The notes under the pieces are model-generated. The model did no database searches and was not told where the DNA came from. It saw nothing but the letters and a program-made list of their open reading frames with translations. A stretch of 64,000 nucleotides of DNA, taken from the IMG/VR virus record IMGVR_UViG_3300045988_122521, one strand, 5' to 3'. Made by a program: the position numbers and the translations under genes. How positions within the stretch are numbered: the stretch's first letter is position 1; the number at the start of each line of letters is the position of its first letter. Shown piece by piece: positions 19,085 through 28,271 of the stretch. The stretch comes from a virus.

Positions 19085-20479
19085 TTACTTGCCGGCGTCG
19101 ATGCCCCACTTGTTCAGCAGAGCGTCCACACCCTCGCTTCCCTCGCCGCTGTTGCCGGCGATGCGCTGCCAGGCGTAGGTGGTCTTGCGCTTCTGTGCGC
19201 TGCGCTTGTCGCTCTCCATCACGGCCTCGCCGCACACGGCCAGCACCGCCTCGCGCACCAGCTTCTCGCCCAGCCACGCACCGTCCTTGTCGCAGCTGTT
19301 GGCGTACAGTCCGGCCTCGATGTTCTCGTTCACCGCCTTGATGGCGTCCTCCGCCACCTTTTCCTCCCGGTTGGCGTTGAAGGCATCCAGCGTAGCCTTG
19401 GCGGAAGCCTTGCAGGCGCTCAGCCGGCGCTTGCTCTCCGCCTCCTGCATGGCGCTGATCTGCTCGTTGGCTGCTTCCAACTTGGCGTTCAGGCTCTTTA
19501 CATCGCCGTCGGTCTCCTTCACGGAGGCCACGGTGTAGTCCACCACGTCCGCCACATCGGCGTTCAGCTCCACCTCGCCCACGCTCAGCACGATGTGCGC
19601 CGCGCAGGGCATGATCTTGCTGGCGATCACCTCGCCGTTGTCGTCAGCGTTAAAGGTGTAGCCGAAAAGATTGCCGGAAGCGTCCAGCAGCGCCACGTTC
19701 AGCCCGTCCTTGCTCATGGAGAGCACCTTGTGGTTGGGAAACTTGGTCTGCATCTGCTCCATCGCTCTCTTGTTCATGTTGCTTTTCACTCCTTTTTTTG
19801 TGTTTTTGTCGGGTTCGTTGCCGTCGCTGCCCTCTGCGGCTGTGTGCAGCGACGCGGCCCGCAGCTTCAATTCCTTAAATTCCTCCTGCATGGCCGCCAG
19901 CTTTGCGATGCTCGCCCCCGGTATCGCCGGGTTTACTCTGTCTCCCAGAATGGTCACGCCTATGCCCGACCATTTGGTAAACACGTCCACATCGCCCTCT
20001 TTGTGGCTCTCCGACACCATTGTCTCGGCGGAAACATCCATCGTGCCCTGTTCCACGATCTTCCGCGTCAGCTCCGGGGCGTAAAAAGCAAATAGCCGAC
20101 CCTTCGCTCTGAGCCATGTATGACCGCCCCTCTCCACAAGGGTAAAGTCCTTTTCGTCGTCGGACAGCGTTCCCACGATGCGCTCCGCCGTCCCCTCCAT
20201 GAAGGATTGGTACTCCTCCCCGGTCTTTGGATCCCGGCGCTTGCTCATGTTGTGTCCGTCCCCCACCTGCTGCCCCACATAGGCGATCAGAATGGGCTGC
20301 CCGATGAAGGTCTTGTAGTAGTCCCGCAGGTTGCGGTAGTCCCACTTGTTCCGGTTCTCGCCTTCGCGCATGACCCACAGCTCCACGCCGAACTCATACT
20401 CGTTCAGCTTCTGCATCACCTGTAGGGTGCCGCTGGCGCTCACATTCTTGGGCAGTGCCTTGGTTTTCAGCGAGCTCAT
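19085..20479 (-). CDS. Prohead protease/scaffolding fusion-like protein
   Basis: 464 aa. Globular N-terminal domain followed by a coiled-coil, Ala/Glu/Lys-rich C-terminal half, upstream of the capsid. Confidence 0.5.
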   Translation of the reverse strand: MSSLKTKALPKNVSASGTLQVMQKLNEYEFGVELWVMREGENRNKWDYRNLRDYYKTFIGQPILIAYVGQQVGDGHNMSKRRDPKTGEEYQSFMEGTAERIVGTLSDDEKDFTLVERGGHTWLRAKGRLFAFYAPELTRKIVEQGTMDVSAETMVSESHKEGDVDVFTKWSGIGVTILGDRVNPAIPGASIAKLAAMQEEFKELKLRAASLHTAAEGSDGNEPDKNTKKGVKSNMNKRAMEQMQTKFPNHKVLSMSKDGLNVALLDASGNLFGYTFNADDNGEVIASKIMPCAAHIVLSVGEVELNADVADVVDYTVASVKETDGDVKSLNAKLEAANEQISAMQEAESKRRLSACKASAKATLDAFNANREEKVAEDAIKAVNENIEAGLYANSCDKDGAWLGEKLVREAVLAVCGEAVMESDKRSAQKRKTTYAWQRIAGNSGEGSEGVDALLNKWGIDAGK

Positions 20480-21012
20480 TCGTCCTCACCGCCTTCAAAC
20501 AGTTCTCTGCACCAACTGTCAAAGGTGGCGCGGCTCATTTCACCGTTGTCCCACATGGTCCAGGCGTCCAGCAGCTTCCGCCGGTCGTCGGTGTTTGCGA
20601 TCTGTAGTTCCTCCGCCTTCAGCGACAGGGCGTTGAACTCCCCATCCGCCGTGGCGCGGATAAATCCGCCCAGTGCCTCGTTGACACCGTCCACAATGGC
20701 CACGCACACCTCGAATACCCGGTCCAGGTCGTTGTCAAAGTCCTCGTCCAGCTCCGGCGTACCTGGGTACATCAGCCGCAAATGGTAGTCGTGGGGTATC
20801 TCCGCGAACTCGTCTATCCGCTCCGGCTGCTTATGCTCCAGTTTATGGATCGCATCCGACAGAAACGGCATACCCATGTCGCACAGCACCCGGTCCTTGA
20901 TGTCCGCGAACCACTTTTCCGCGTTGCCGTATGCCTCCATCACTCGGCGCATCGGCTCCCGCATAGGCGCGAACCGCGGGTTATCCCAGCTGGCGTATTC
21001 CTGTGCTCTCAT
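20476..21012 (-). CDS. Hypothetical head-module protein
   Basis: 178 aa, RBS GAGGGAGTGAGG. Confidence 0.55.
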   Translation of the reverse strand: MRAQEYASWDNPRFAPMREPMRRVMEAYGNAEKWFADIKDRVLCDMGMPFLSDAIHKLEHKQPERIDEFAEIPHDYHLRLMYPGTPELDEDFDNDLDRVFEVCVAIVDGVNEALGGFIRATADGEFNALSLKAEELQIANTDDRRKLLDAWTMWDNGEMSRATFDSWCRELFEGGEDE

Positions 21013-21134
21013 GTCCTCACTCCCTCTCTCCGCAAAATGAAAATGGAGCCGCAGCCGGTGTTCTCCACCGGTGCAGCCCCCTTCGGCTTTTCTCGCAGTC
21101 CCTTTACCGCGATTATTCTCTTTTCCACGGCCAT
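21009..21134 (-). CDS. Possible 41-aa micro-ORF translationally coupled to the next gene
   Basis: Manual call: ATG 21134 (RBS GAGGTAGG), MAVEKRIIAVKGLREKPKGAAPVENTGCGSIFILRREGVRT. Its stop overlaps ATG 21012 (ATGA). Confidence 0.3.
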   Translation of the reverse strand: MAVEKRIIAVKGLREKPKGAAPVENTGCGSIFILRREGVRT

Positions 21135-21233
21135 CGTGCCTACCTCATTACCCCGCGCATCAGCGCAAGCCTTCGGTCGCGGCAGCCGCGTTTTCTGTTT
21201 TCGTTCCCCACTGTCGCAGGGGCTCTCGCCGCC

Positions 21234-21410
21234 CTATCGCTCCATCGGCACCTGCATAGCCGTGCCTTTCTTTTTCTTCACCGTGTGTACGGTGTGTGCC
21301 TTTATGGCAAGCCCGTCCGCCGTCCGGCGTATCTCCACGTCGTTGCCGCGGGCCAGCTCCCGGTTGATCTCGTGCAGGTCGTCCGCTGTCAGTATCGCCG
21401 TCATGCTCAT
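21234..21410 (-). CDS. Small hypothetical protein after portal
   Basis: Start refined to ATG 21410 (MSMTAILTADDL...), 58 aa. Confidence 0.45.
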   Translation of the reverse strand: MSMTAILTADDLHEINRELARGNDVEIRRTADGLAIKAHTVHTVKKKKGTAMQVPMER

Positions 21411-21414
21411 TCTC

Positions 21415-23217
21415 TCAGTCTCCCGCGTCCTCTGACGCTTCCTGCCCCTCGGTCCCCGGCGTCCCTTCCGATACCGGTCTGCCCCCGGGGTTAATTGCCC
21501 TTTTGGCTTCTGGGGTCTGGCCGCCACTTCCGTTTCCGCCGTTTTTCGCTTCCGTAAACGTGGAACTGAGAGGTTTCCTCAAATCCATAATGCCGGATTC
21601 CAGCATCGCGCGGCTTATGGACATATCATCCAGCAGGGACATATTGTTCATAGCCAGATATTTTAGCGTTGCCGGCAGTATGCCCAGCGTCATATCTTTT
21701 CTCAGGCTTTCTCTCAAATCATTGTCCGTGGCAATGTCCCCGAAACACTCAAATCGCCAGGAATATTTCAGGTTCAGCCCATCCATGATGCCCTGCATCA
21801 TCCGCTCGTAGCAGCGGTATATCTGCTCGGCAAACTTGCTCTCTATCTGCAAGCTGATGTTCGCCACGCCCGCCCGCGGTTCGTCGCTGGTGGGGATCAG
21901 TGCGCTCAGCCCCGCCTTCGCCATGGTGTAGCCGTACCCTGCGGAGCTTATCTTCGTGGCGCTGGGCGCCTCTGCCAGCTGGTGCAGTTCCATGTTCCGC
22001 AGGGGCGCCGCATACCAGCCAATGCCGCTGGTGTTGTTTTCCGCCAGTTCGTCGTAAAACCGCGTGCGGAAAAGCTCCCAGCCGGCGTTGCTCAGCTTGT
22101 AGCTATCCGACTGCTGCCGGTTGGCATCATCTGCATACTCTATCTCCCCTGTCAGCAGAGAGATCAGCGGGTTCTGCACCAGCTCCAGCTGTATCTGCTC
22201 GTACTGGGCGATCTGGATAAACGACAGGAAAAGTCCCGTCAGTGGAGATACCACCGCCGTCTGCGCATCGTCTATCTCAAAGGGGTATACCGCGTCCACC
22301 GGCAGCGTCACCCAGTAGCACCATTTCCCGTTCTGATAGTACACGTCCGGGTCTCCCGGCAGCACGCCGCCGTCCTGCTCCGCTGCTGTTTTCAGCTCGG
22401 TAAAGCGGTTCATATTGATGGTGTTCTTCGCCGCGTATACATACCGGGTTCCCGCGCCCTTGGGCGGTCTCGCCGCCACCTGGGTGAATATGCCCCAGTA
22501 GGGCTTAAACAGGTCCCCGAACTGCGCCGGCTCACAGCCCGGCTTCAGGAAGTACATCATGTTAAAGGCCACGGTGTACTTCGACACGCTGTTGAACCCC
22601 ACGATCTTCACCCAGTCGCTGGGCAGCTGCTGCATAAAGGCGTAGTTCACCTTGTTGTGGGGCTTGTCCACGCTCACGCGGGGATAGTAGAATACCTTGC
22701 CCTCCTGCACCGCCTGCCCCGCCAGCTTGTGGGCCGTGGTCTTTACGTCCAGCTTGCGCCGCAGCTTCTCCAGCAGCTTCCACTCCCGCCAGAAATCGTC
22801 GTTCTTCGCCGTGTCCTTGTCGGTGAACTCCGGGGCGATGTAGCTGTGATACGTCAGCAGATCCTGGTACATCTTCCGGGTGTGGAAAAGCGGATAGGCC
22901 GTAAATTCCAGCCCGTGCTCCACCTGCCGCAGCCCCTGCTCATTGCCCAGCGGGGCGGTCAGCATCTCTGCCACCGTATTCTTGGTAAAGTCCTCCGGCA
23001 GCGAGGAGATGGCCTGCACCCTTCGGTTCTGTATATAGGGGTTCACCCGTGCCGACTGGCTCATGCTCACCCGGCTGAAGGCGCTGGCCAGCGCCCCTGC
23101 CGGCATATTGCCGTACTGCTCCGCCAGCGCGTTGAACCGCTTGAATATCTCCGGGTAGGTGCCGCAGGCTACGCTCTGCAATTCACTTGTCAGGTTCCTC
23201 CGCTTCTCCTGCTCCAT
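21415..23217 (-). CDS. Portal protein
   Basis: 600 aa immediately after the terminase cluster, RBS GAGGAGG. Called by size and position. Confidence 0.75.
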   Translation of the reverse strand: MEQEKRRNLTSELQSVACGTYPEIFKRFNALAEQYGNMPAGALASAFSRVSMSQSARVNPYIQNRRVQAISSLPEDFTKNTVAEMLTAPLGNEQGLRQVEHGLEFTAYPLFHTRKMYQDLLTYHSYIAPEFTDKDTAKNDDFWREWKLLEKLRRKLDVKTTAHKLAGQAVQEGKVFYYPRVSVDKPHNKVNYAFMQQLPSDWVKIVGFNSVSKYTVAFNMMYFLKPGCEPAQFGDLFKPYWGIFTQVAARPPKGAGTRYVYAAKNTINMNRFTELKTAAEQDGGVLPGDPDVYYQNGKWCYWVTLPVDAVYPFEIDDAQTAVVSPLTGLFLSFIQIAQYEQIQLELVQNPLISLLTGEIEYADDANRQQSDSYKLSNAGWELFRTRFYDELAENNTSGIGWYAAPLRNMELHQLAEAPSATKISSAGYGYTMAKAGLSALIPTSDEPRAGVANISLQIESKFAEQIYRCYERMMQGIMDGLNLKYSWRFECFGDIATDNDLRESLRKDMTLGILPATLKYLAMNNMSLLDDMSISRAMLESGIMDLRKPLSSTFTEAKNGGNGSGGQTPEAKRAINPGGRPVSEGTPGTEGQEASEDAGD

Positions 23218-23554
23218 GCGCCGCCTCCTCGTCTATGCGGGAGCGCTCTTTTTCCAGCTCCCTCTCCCACGCGTCCAGCAGCTCGTTCAGCCGCTTCTGC
23301 GTGTCAGCCATGTTCTTTTTCACCCCGCCCGCCAGCACCGCCGCGATGCAGTCCGCCAGCCACAGCCGGTCTCGCTCCGTCAGGCGCTTCAGATCAGCGC
23401 CTTTGATCTCCACCGTCTGCATTTTCTTCGGTGCCGCAGTGCGGTACAGCAGCACATACCCCGCCGTTATCCGCACAAAGCGCTCCTTTTCCGCCAGCGC
23501 CACCGTTTCGCCTGTCACCCGCGCCGCGTACAGTCTGTACTTCCTTGCCGCCAT
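23183..23554 (-). CDS. Hypothetical protein between terminase and portal
   Basis: 123 aa, RBS GGGAGGA. Confidence 0.5.
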   Translation of the reverse strand: MAARKYRLYAARVTGETVALAEKERFVRITAGYVLLYRTAAPKKMQTVEIKGADLKRLTERDRLWLADCIAAVLAGGVKKNMADTQKRLNELLDAWERELEKERSRIDEEAAHGAGEAEEPDK

Positions 23555-23555
23555 T

Positions 23556-25412
23556 TCAGCATATCCTCCCGCCGCGCCGCGCCGTCACCGTGCGGCCTCC
23601 CGCGCCGGCTGCCGCCGCTCTGTGCGGTGCCGCGGCACGGTTTTTGTATTTTGCCAGCTCCGCGTCCCAGTCGCTCTTGTGCCGCACCGCCTGCGCCAGT
23701 TCCTCTCGCTCCAGTATCTGCGCCACCCGCAGCGCATATTTCAGCGCCGACCATATATCGCGCTGTATGTGCTTGGAAATGCGTTCTTCCTTCTGCGTCG
23801 TGCCGCTGGCCACCTTTTTCAGGTTCTGTATCTGCCCCACCAGCTCCCGGGTCTTTATGTAGGGGTCGGCCAGCATGGCATCCATGCTGTCGTCCTTGAT
23901 CCGGTGGTACTTCTTGTAGTTCTCCACGCCCTCGTTCACGTTAGAGCACAGCAGCTCCACGTTCCGGTTCTCGAATTGCAGTTCCGCGTACCGCACCATC
24001 TCCGCGTCCGGATCCGTCACGCCAGCGCCGCCCGCCTTGATGGGGTACAGGCACGGCACGGCGTTCTCCTGTTCCAGTTCCGTGAATCTTGCGTGGTTCC
24101 TTACGCACAGCGGCGCAAGGCCGTCTCCCAGGTCCATCATCAGGTTCTCCACCACGCTGGTGCCGTACTGCCATGCGTCTATGGCCAGGTACGTGGGTGC
24201 TCCGCCCTCATAGCAGAAGCGGCTCCACACGTCCTTGATCCGCTGTGCCTGCATCATGCTCTTTACAGGAGGGTTCCACACGTCCACATACACCGCCTGC
24301 TTCAGGTAGCGGTCCCGCTTCAGCCAGTCCGTCTGCCGTGTGCATTTCAGTACCACGCAGGCGCATTTCGCGTTTTTCTTGTCGTCGGCGTAGGATACGT
24401 CATACCCCACGATGTAGATCACGTCCTCCGGCTTCAGTTTGTTGCCTATGTCGTAGGCGCAGTGCCGGTTCTCCGCGATCATCAGTTTGCGGCACTCCGC
24501 CAGCACCTCGTCCCGCACGATGGGGTTGCTGTCCGCCCCGGTGTAGCGGCTTTCCATCTCGCGCATCCATCGCTCCGGCGTCAGTTTCGTCCGCAGCTTC
24601 TGCGCCCACGAATAGGGCCGCATCTGCTGCAGTACCACACACTCCCACGATATGTCATAGGCATAGGCGCTCTCGCCCGCCAGCATGGCTTTCATATTCT
24701 CGCACCGCGTTTCGTAAGCGTGGTTCTGCTTCCGCCCCGCGCTGGTAATGGCGTGATCCTTGTAGGGGATATAGTTGGGGTCCGGCTTACCGTTTACATT
24801 GTGCGTCAGTCGCACAGCCGGCAGCACCACCGTCGTGTATTCCGCGAAGTCGAACGCCGGATTTTCTTCCTGTGCGTACTCCTCCGCCGTCACGTCGTGA
24901 ATGTTGTCACCGCGCATGGCGGATATGTAAAAGGCACTCCCGCAGTCTGTCTCTATCTTAAAGTCGTCCTTGCTCTCCGCCGTCACCCGCCACTGTCTGG
25001 ACAGTGCCGGGTAGTCGTGTTCTATCTGGCGGAAGGTCTTGCTGCCTATGGTCGCCATTTGTTTGTATGCCGGGCCATAGTAGGCACTCTGCGTCCCTGG
25101 CCATACCAGCCCGTTCAGTTCTGCATACTTGAACTTCGTGCTGGTCTTTGTCACGCCTCGCGTTCCGGTAAAGGAAACAGAAGCCTTGCGGGCGTATACC
25201 CGCACCATCACCCGCTGCAGCAGTTCCTCGTTGGCAAAGTCCGCCGTCGGGCTCCTGAATACGTCCAGCGCCTTATCCGGGTAGAATCGGCACACCCATA
25301 CCAAAAATGCCCAAAAGGCGTCCTCATAGTTTTCGTAGCTACGCTCCTGCGTGGGCTTTTTTGTCACCCAGCCCAGTCCGGCCACATACGCTTTACCCGT
25401 TCGCCTCGCCAT
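23556..25412 (-). CDS. terL: Terminase large subunit
   Basis: 618 aa. Walker-A-like TGTRGVTKT near the N-terminus and a C-terminal nuclease-like half, directly upstream of the portal. Confidence 0.75.
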   Translation of the reverse strand: MARRTGKAYVAGLGWVTKKPTQERSYENYEDAFWAFLVWVCRFYPDKALDVFRSPTADFANEELLQRVMVRVYARKASVSFTGTRGVTKTSTKFKYAELNGLVWPGTQSAYYGPAYKQMATIGSKTFRQIEHDYPALSRQWRVTAESKDDFKIETDCGSAFYISAMRGDNIHDVTAEEYAQEENPAFDFAEYTTVVLPAVRLTHNVNGKPDPNYIPYKDHAITSAGRKQNHAYETRCENMKAMLAGESAYAYDISWECVVLQQMRPYSWAQKLRTKLTPERWMREMESRYTGADSNPIVRDEVLAECRKLMIAENRHCAYDIGNKLKPEDVIYIVGYDVSYADDKKNAKCACVVLKCTRQTDWLKRDRYLKQAVYVDVWNPPVKSMMQAQRIKDVWSRFCYEGGAPTYLAIDAWQYGTSVVENLMMDLGDGLAPLCVRNHARFTELEQENAVPCLYPIKAGGAGVTDPDAEMVRYAELQFENRNVELLCSNVNEGVENYKKYHRIKDDSMDAMLADPYIKTRELVGQIQNLKKVASGTTQKEERISKHIQRDIWSALKYALRVAQILEREELAQAVRHKSDWDAELAKYKNRAAAPHRAAAAGAGGRTVTARRGGRIC

Positions 25413-26412
25413 CGGTGTTCACATCCTCTGCGTTTGCTTTGGGCTTACCCGGCTTTTTCTTCTTTTTCACCGGGCGCATCCGCACCAGCCCCAGCTTTTC
25501 GTAGGCTTCTTTCTCCGCCTCGTTTGGTTTCTCTGCAAACTCGCCCAGATTGTCCTCCAGCCGCATCTCGTCCGGCAGTTCTGTCAGCTCCGGCAGTCCG
25601 TCGTTCTGCCGCATCCGGTTTTCGTTTATCAGTATCATCTGGTCGGCAGCATCCCGCGTGTAGGGATATTTGCACGGCCGTCCGAAGAATATACGGAATG
25701 CCTCGTCCGGTTCGCAGGGCTTCCCGTTTTTCAGCAGTCCCGCCCGCTCCAGCGCCACCACCATGTTGTCCAGCCGCAGGTCCTCCACCGGCTTCGTGTC
25801 CTTCTTTCGCAGGTTTTCCGATGCCAGGTTCTCCTGTATCATGCTGGATAGCTTCTTGGCCTTGTCAATGGCGCCCATCTCCGCGGCGTCGTTCATCTGC
25901 TTTGTCCACTTCGCCACGTTCCGCAGGATCAGCTGCTGCTTGGCGCTCACCGCCTGCTCCCCGCCAAAGTCGGCACACAGCGCGTTATAGATGCGGTCAA
26001 ACTCGTTGTAGTCCTCGCTGGTGTAGGGCATTTTCCCCGTTCCCTCGCCCCAGTCGGCGGCCTGCCGCTTGGTGCCCTGCCTGCCGTCCCGTGCGCTCTT
26101 CTCCGCGCTCACCGCCTTGGTGAAGTTGCCGTTCTCCAGCCCCTCTCCGAATATCTTGGTGATGTCCGTCAGCCCATCGAGAAAGCCCAGTTCTCCGCCT
26201 CCCGGCGTCCGGTCCAGTTTCTTTTTCGCCAGCTTATCGCAATAGGCCATCCACTTGTTTTTGCTCCCGCTCGCCGGCAGCGCGTTCATGTCGAAGGGCT
26301 TGTTGAAGCGTATGCAGGCATAAAAATAAGCCAAACTCTCCCCCACCGCGTCTGCCAGCTGGTTGTAATACGCCTGCTGCTTTTCCGCGCTCACCGGTTC
26401 CAGTTCAGCCAT
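25393..26412 (-). CDS. Candidate terminase small subunit / packaging-initiation protein
   Basis: 339 aa. First gene after a strong terminator, overlaps the terL start. Lys-rich tail. Call is positional only. Confidence 0.45.
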   Translation of the reverse strand: MAELEPVSAEKQQAYYNQLADAVGESLAYFYACIRFNKPFDMNALPASGSKNKWMAYCDKLAKKKLDRTPGGGELGFLDGLTDITKIFGEGLENGNFTKAVSAEKSARDGRQGTKRQAADWGEGTGKMPYTSEDYNEFDRIYNALCADFGGEQAVSAKQQLILRNVAKWTKQMNDAAEMGAIDKAKKLSSMIQENLASENLRKKDTKPVEDLRLDNMVVALERAGLLKNGKPCEPDEAFRIFFGRPCKYPYTRDAADQMILINENRMRQNDGLPELTELPDEMRLEDNLGEFAEKPNEAEKEAYEKLGLVRMRPVKKKKKPGKPKANAEDVNTDGEANG

Positions 26413-26433
26413 GCCGCACTCCTCTCTTTTAGG

Positions 26434-26479
26434 TAAAAAAAATGGTACTTGCAGAGTCTTCCACTCTTACAAGTACCAT
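26434..26479 (-). terminator. Rho-independent terminator between the regulatory and packaging operons
   Basis: Perfect 10-bp stem ATGGTACTTG/CAAGTACCAT followed (minus sense) by T8. Confidence 0.7.
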
Positions 26480-26510
26480 TGTCGCAGTTTTCCAGAATGG
26501 TGAGGGACTT

Positions 26511-26741
26511 TTAAGTCCCTTTCTTATTTTTTTCTTCCCGGCCCAAAAGATAGTCCACAGTCACGCCGAAATAGTCCGACAGTGCCTCCAACGAGGAGGA
26601 CTTTGGTTCCATCTCTCCTTCCTCATACCGTCGTATCATGTGCTGGCTCAGTCCGCACAGCTCCGCCAGCACCCGGCGCTTGAGATGCTTTCTCTCCCGC
26701 AGCATCCGCAGCCGCCTGCAAAACACCTCATTGACAGCCAT
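26511..26741 (-). CDS. XRE-family HTH regulator
   Basis: Start refined to ATG 26741. MAVNEVFCRRLRMLRERKHLKRRVLAELCGLSQHMIRRYEEGEMEP is a classic Cro/C1 HTH. Confidence 0.7.
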   Translation of the reverse strand: MAVNEVFCRRLRMLRERKHLKRRVLAELCGLSQHMIRRYEEGEMEPKSSSLEALSDYFGVTVDYLLGREEKNKKGT

Positions 26742-27019
26742 CAGCCGCCCTCCCGTTCCGGTTCGCGCTTCATGGCTTCCAGCAGCTGCTGTGCTTCCAT
26801 GTCGGAGATCACGAGTCCCTTGGCCCGCCGCGCCACGATGCTGGCAAGGCGATCCTCCCGCGCCCGCTTTCTGCTCTTGTAAAACGCGCACTTTCCGCAC
26901 TCCGCACATACCAGCGTGTTCAGCCCCGCGCACTCTCCCTTTTCCGACACATACAGGTCGCAAGTGACCTTGGGCTTGTACGGCCTTGCGCCCACCACCA
27001 TTTTCTTCCCGCTGTTCAT
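26741..27019 (-). CDS. Cys-containing small protein (internal start of the long ORF)
   Basis: ATG 27019 with RBS GGAGGAAAGG and an ATGA overlap with the stop of the membrane ORF. MNSGKKMVVGARPYKPKVTCDLYVSEKGECAGLNTLVCAECGKCAFY... Confidence 0.5.
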   Translation of the reverse strand: MNSGKKMVVGARPYKPKVTCDLYVSEKGECAGLNTLVCAECGKCAFYKSRKRAREDRLASIVARRAKGLVISDMEAQQLLEAMKREPEREGG

Positions 27020-27403
27020 TTCTTCCGCCTTTCCTCCTGCCACGCTTCCCATGCTACCCATCCGGAGATCACCGCCGTGTACAGGATCACGCTGCAGCAT
27101 ACGCAGCCGATGGCCGTTTCGTATACCCTGCCGTACACCAACAGCACCGCCGCCAGCAGCCCCAGCACCACGGTCAGCAGGCCGAATGCCGCTATGTATC
27201 GTTCCATCATTACCCGTCTCCTCCTTGTCCAAGTCCTCCGCCACCACGGCGTATTTTTTGATCTTTCCGTGCCATGCCTTGCTGACGATAGAGTGGAATA
27301 TCCGTGCATTGGCACAGCCCAGCGTGGCCGCGCACTGCACGGCGTTGCCGAAAGCCAGCACCTCATCCGTCCGGGCGTCATACACGGTGTAGTACATCCT
27401 CAT
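26741..27403 (-). CDS. Uninterrupted 220-aa ORF whose N-terminal ~62 aa look coding
   Basis: ATG 27403 (RBS GGAGGGAAG; MRMYYTVYDARTDEVLAFGNAVQCAATLG...). There is no stop until 26741, and the middle third reads like an off-frame translation of the embedded membrane gene. Confidence 0.35.
   Translation of the reverse strand: MRMYYTVYDARTDEVLAFGNAVQCAATLGCANARIFHSIVSKAWHGKIKKYAVVAEDLDKEETGNDGTIHSGIRPADRGAGAAGGGAVGVRQGIRNGHRLRMLQRDPVHGGDLRMGSMGSVAGGKAEEMNSGKKMVVGARPYKPKVTCDLYVSEKGECAGLNTLVCAECGKCAFYKSRKRAREDRLASIVARRAKGLVISDMEAQQLLEAMKREPEREGG
27016..27210 (-). CDS. Two-TM small membrane protein embedded out of frame in a longer ORF
   Basis: ATG 27210 with strong RBS AAGGAGGAG. MMERYIAAFGLLTVVLGLLAAVLLVYGRVYETAIGCVCCSVILYTAVISGWVAW. 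Confidence 0.6.
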   Translation of the reverse strand: MMERYIAAFGLLTVVLGLLAAVLLVYGRVYETAIGCVCCSVILYTAVISGWVAWEAWQEERRKK

Positions 27404-27714
27404 GTCTTGGCTTCCCTCCGTTCGCCGTAGGAGCAGAAGTCCTCCGGTTTGCGGCTCTGCCATGCCTCTGGATGTACGTTTCCGTCCGAGTAGATTTTCA
27501 GGCAGACACCCATGTCGTAGTGCTTGCAGTCCTTACACCGCACTACCAGAGCAACATCGGCGGGCTTGAAACAATCTACCTCATCGAGCATATCGTCAAC
27601 CCAACAGGCACGACACCAGCATCCGTTGTGGTCTTTTCCCTCCGCCTTGCACGGCTTGCAATAATGCTCCTCTACGCTTTTCTTAAACGCTTCCCTGTCA
27701 ATGTATTCGGACAT
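27400..27714 (-). CDS. Cys-rich hypothetical protein
   Basis: Start refined to ATG 27714 (MSEYIDREAF), 104 aa with multiple CxxC pairs. Confidence 0.55.
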   Translation of the reverse strand: MSEYIDREAFKKSVEEHYCKPCKAEGKDHNGCWCRACWVDDMLDEVDCFKPADVALVVRCKDCKHYDMGVCLKIYSDGNVHPEAWQSRKPEDFCSYGERREAKT

Positions 27715-27716
27715 TG

Positions 27717-28271
27717 TCAGCACTCCTCCACATAGCACCAGCTTTGGGGTGGGCGACCGATAACCCGGCCATCACAATCCATTTTGGTATAGTTGTAATA
27801 AGGGCAGGCACAGCAATCGGCATCGACTCTACATAGCGTCTTGAACTCACTCAGTTCCCTCGGCGTGTCATAGGCCACCAGGTCGGAGATATGCCACCCA
27901 TAGCCTTTTGCCGTGCGCAGATACTCGTGCATTTCTCTAAGGGTAAGACACGATTGCCGAGCCACATTGTTTGTCGTTGGCTGGTCGCCGCCCTCGACAT
28001 AGTAGCTTCCGCCAGCGGATTTCGTTTCCAGCCCGTAGATTCGGTCACAGGTGAACTCCCCGATGACCTTTCCGCCGCCGTAAAATTGCGGCTTTGGGTA
28101 CTCCGTCTCAATAAAGTCTTCATGCGGGTACTTCGCCTGCGTGCAGTAGATATAGCACTTGAACGGCGGTGCCATCCGCGGCCTCGTCTTGCGTACCTCG
28201 ATGGTTTTCTCCCCGTTGGCGATCTTCTCGCACCACTTCGGGCGGATGCTGATCAGTACAGCTTTGCTCAT
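27717..28271 (-). CDS. ASCH-domain protein
   Basis: Start refined to ATG 28271. MSKAVLISIRPKWCEKIANGEKTIEVRKTRP fits the ASCH N-terminal signature. Paralogue at 49936-50523. Confidence 0.65.
   Translation of the reverse strand: MSKAVLISIRPKWCEKIANGEKTIEVRKTRPRMAPPFKCYIYCTQAKYPHEDFIETEYPKPQFYGGGKVIGEFTCDRIYGLETKSAGGSYYVEGGDQPTTNNVARQSCLTLREMHEYLRTAKGYGWHISDLVAYDTPRELSEFKTLCRVDADCCACPYYNYTKMDCDGRVIGRPPQSWCYVEEC

Noticed and set aside
23187-26123. 978-aa plus-strand ORF, plus similar long antisense ORFs (e.g. 17002-18510 +, 34569-35948 +, 37167-38822 +, 57290-58366 -, 59130-60935 -, 61428-62414 -)
   Set aside because: They lie antisense to well-supported genes. They are Arg/Pro/Ala/Gly/His-rich low-complexity translations with no RBS. 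They are typical stop-poor antisense frames of high-GC3 coding DNA.
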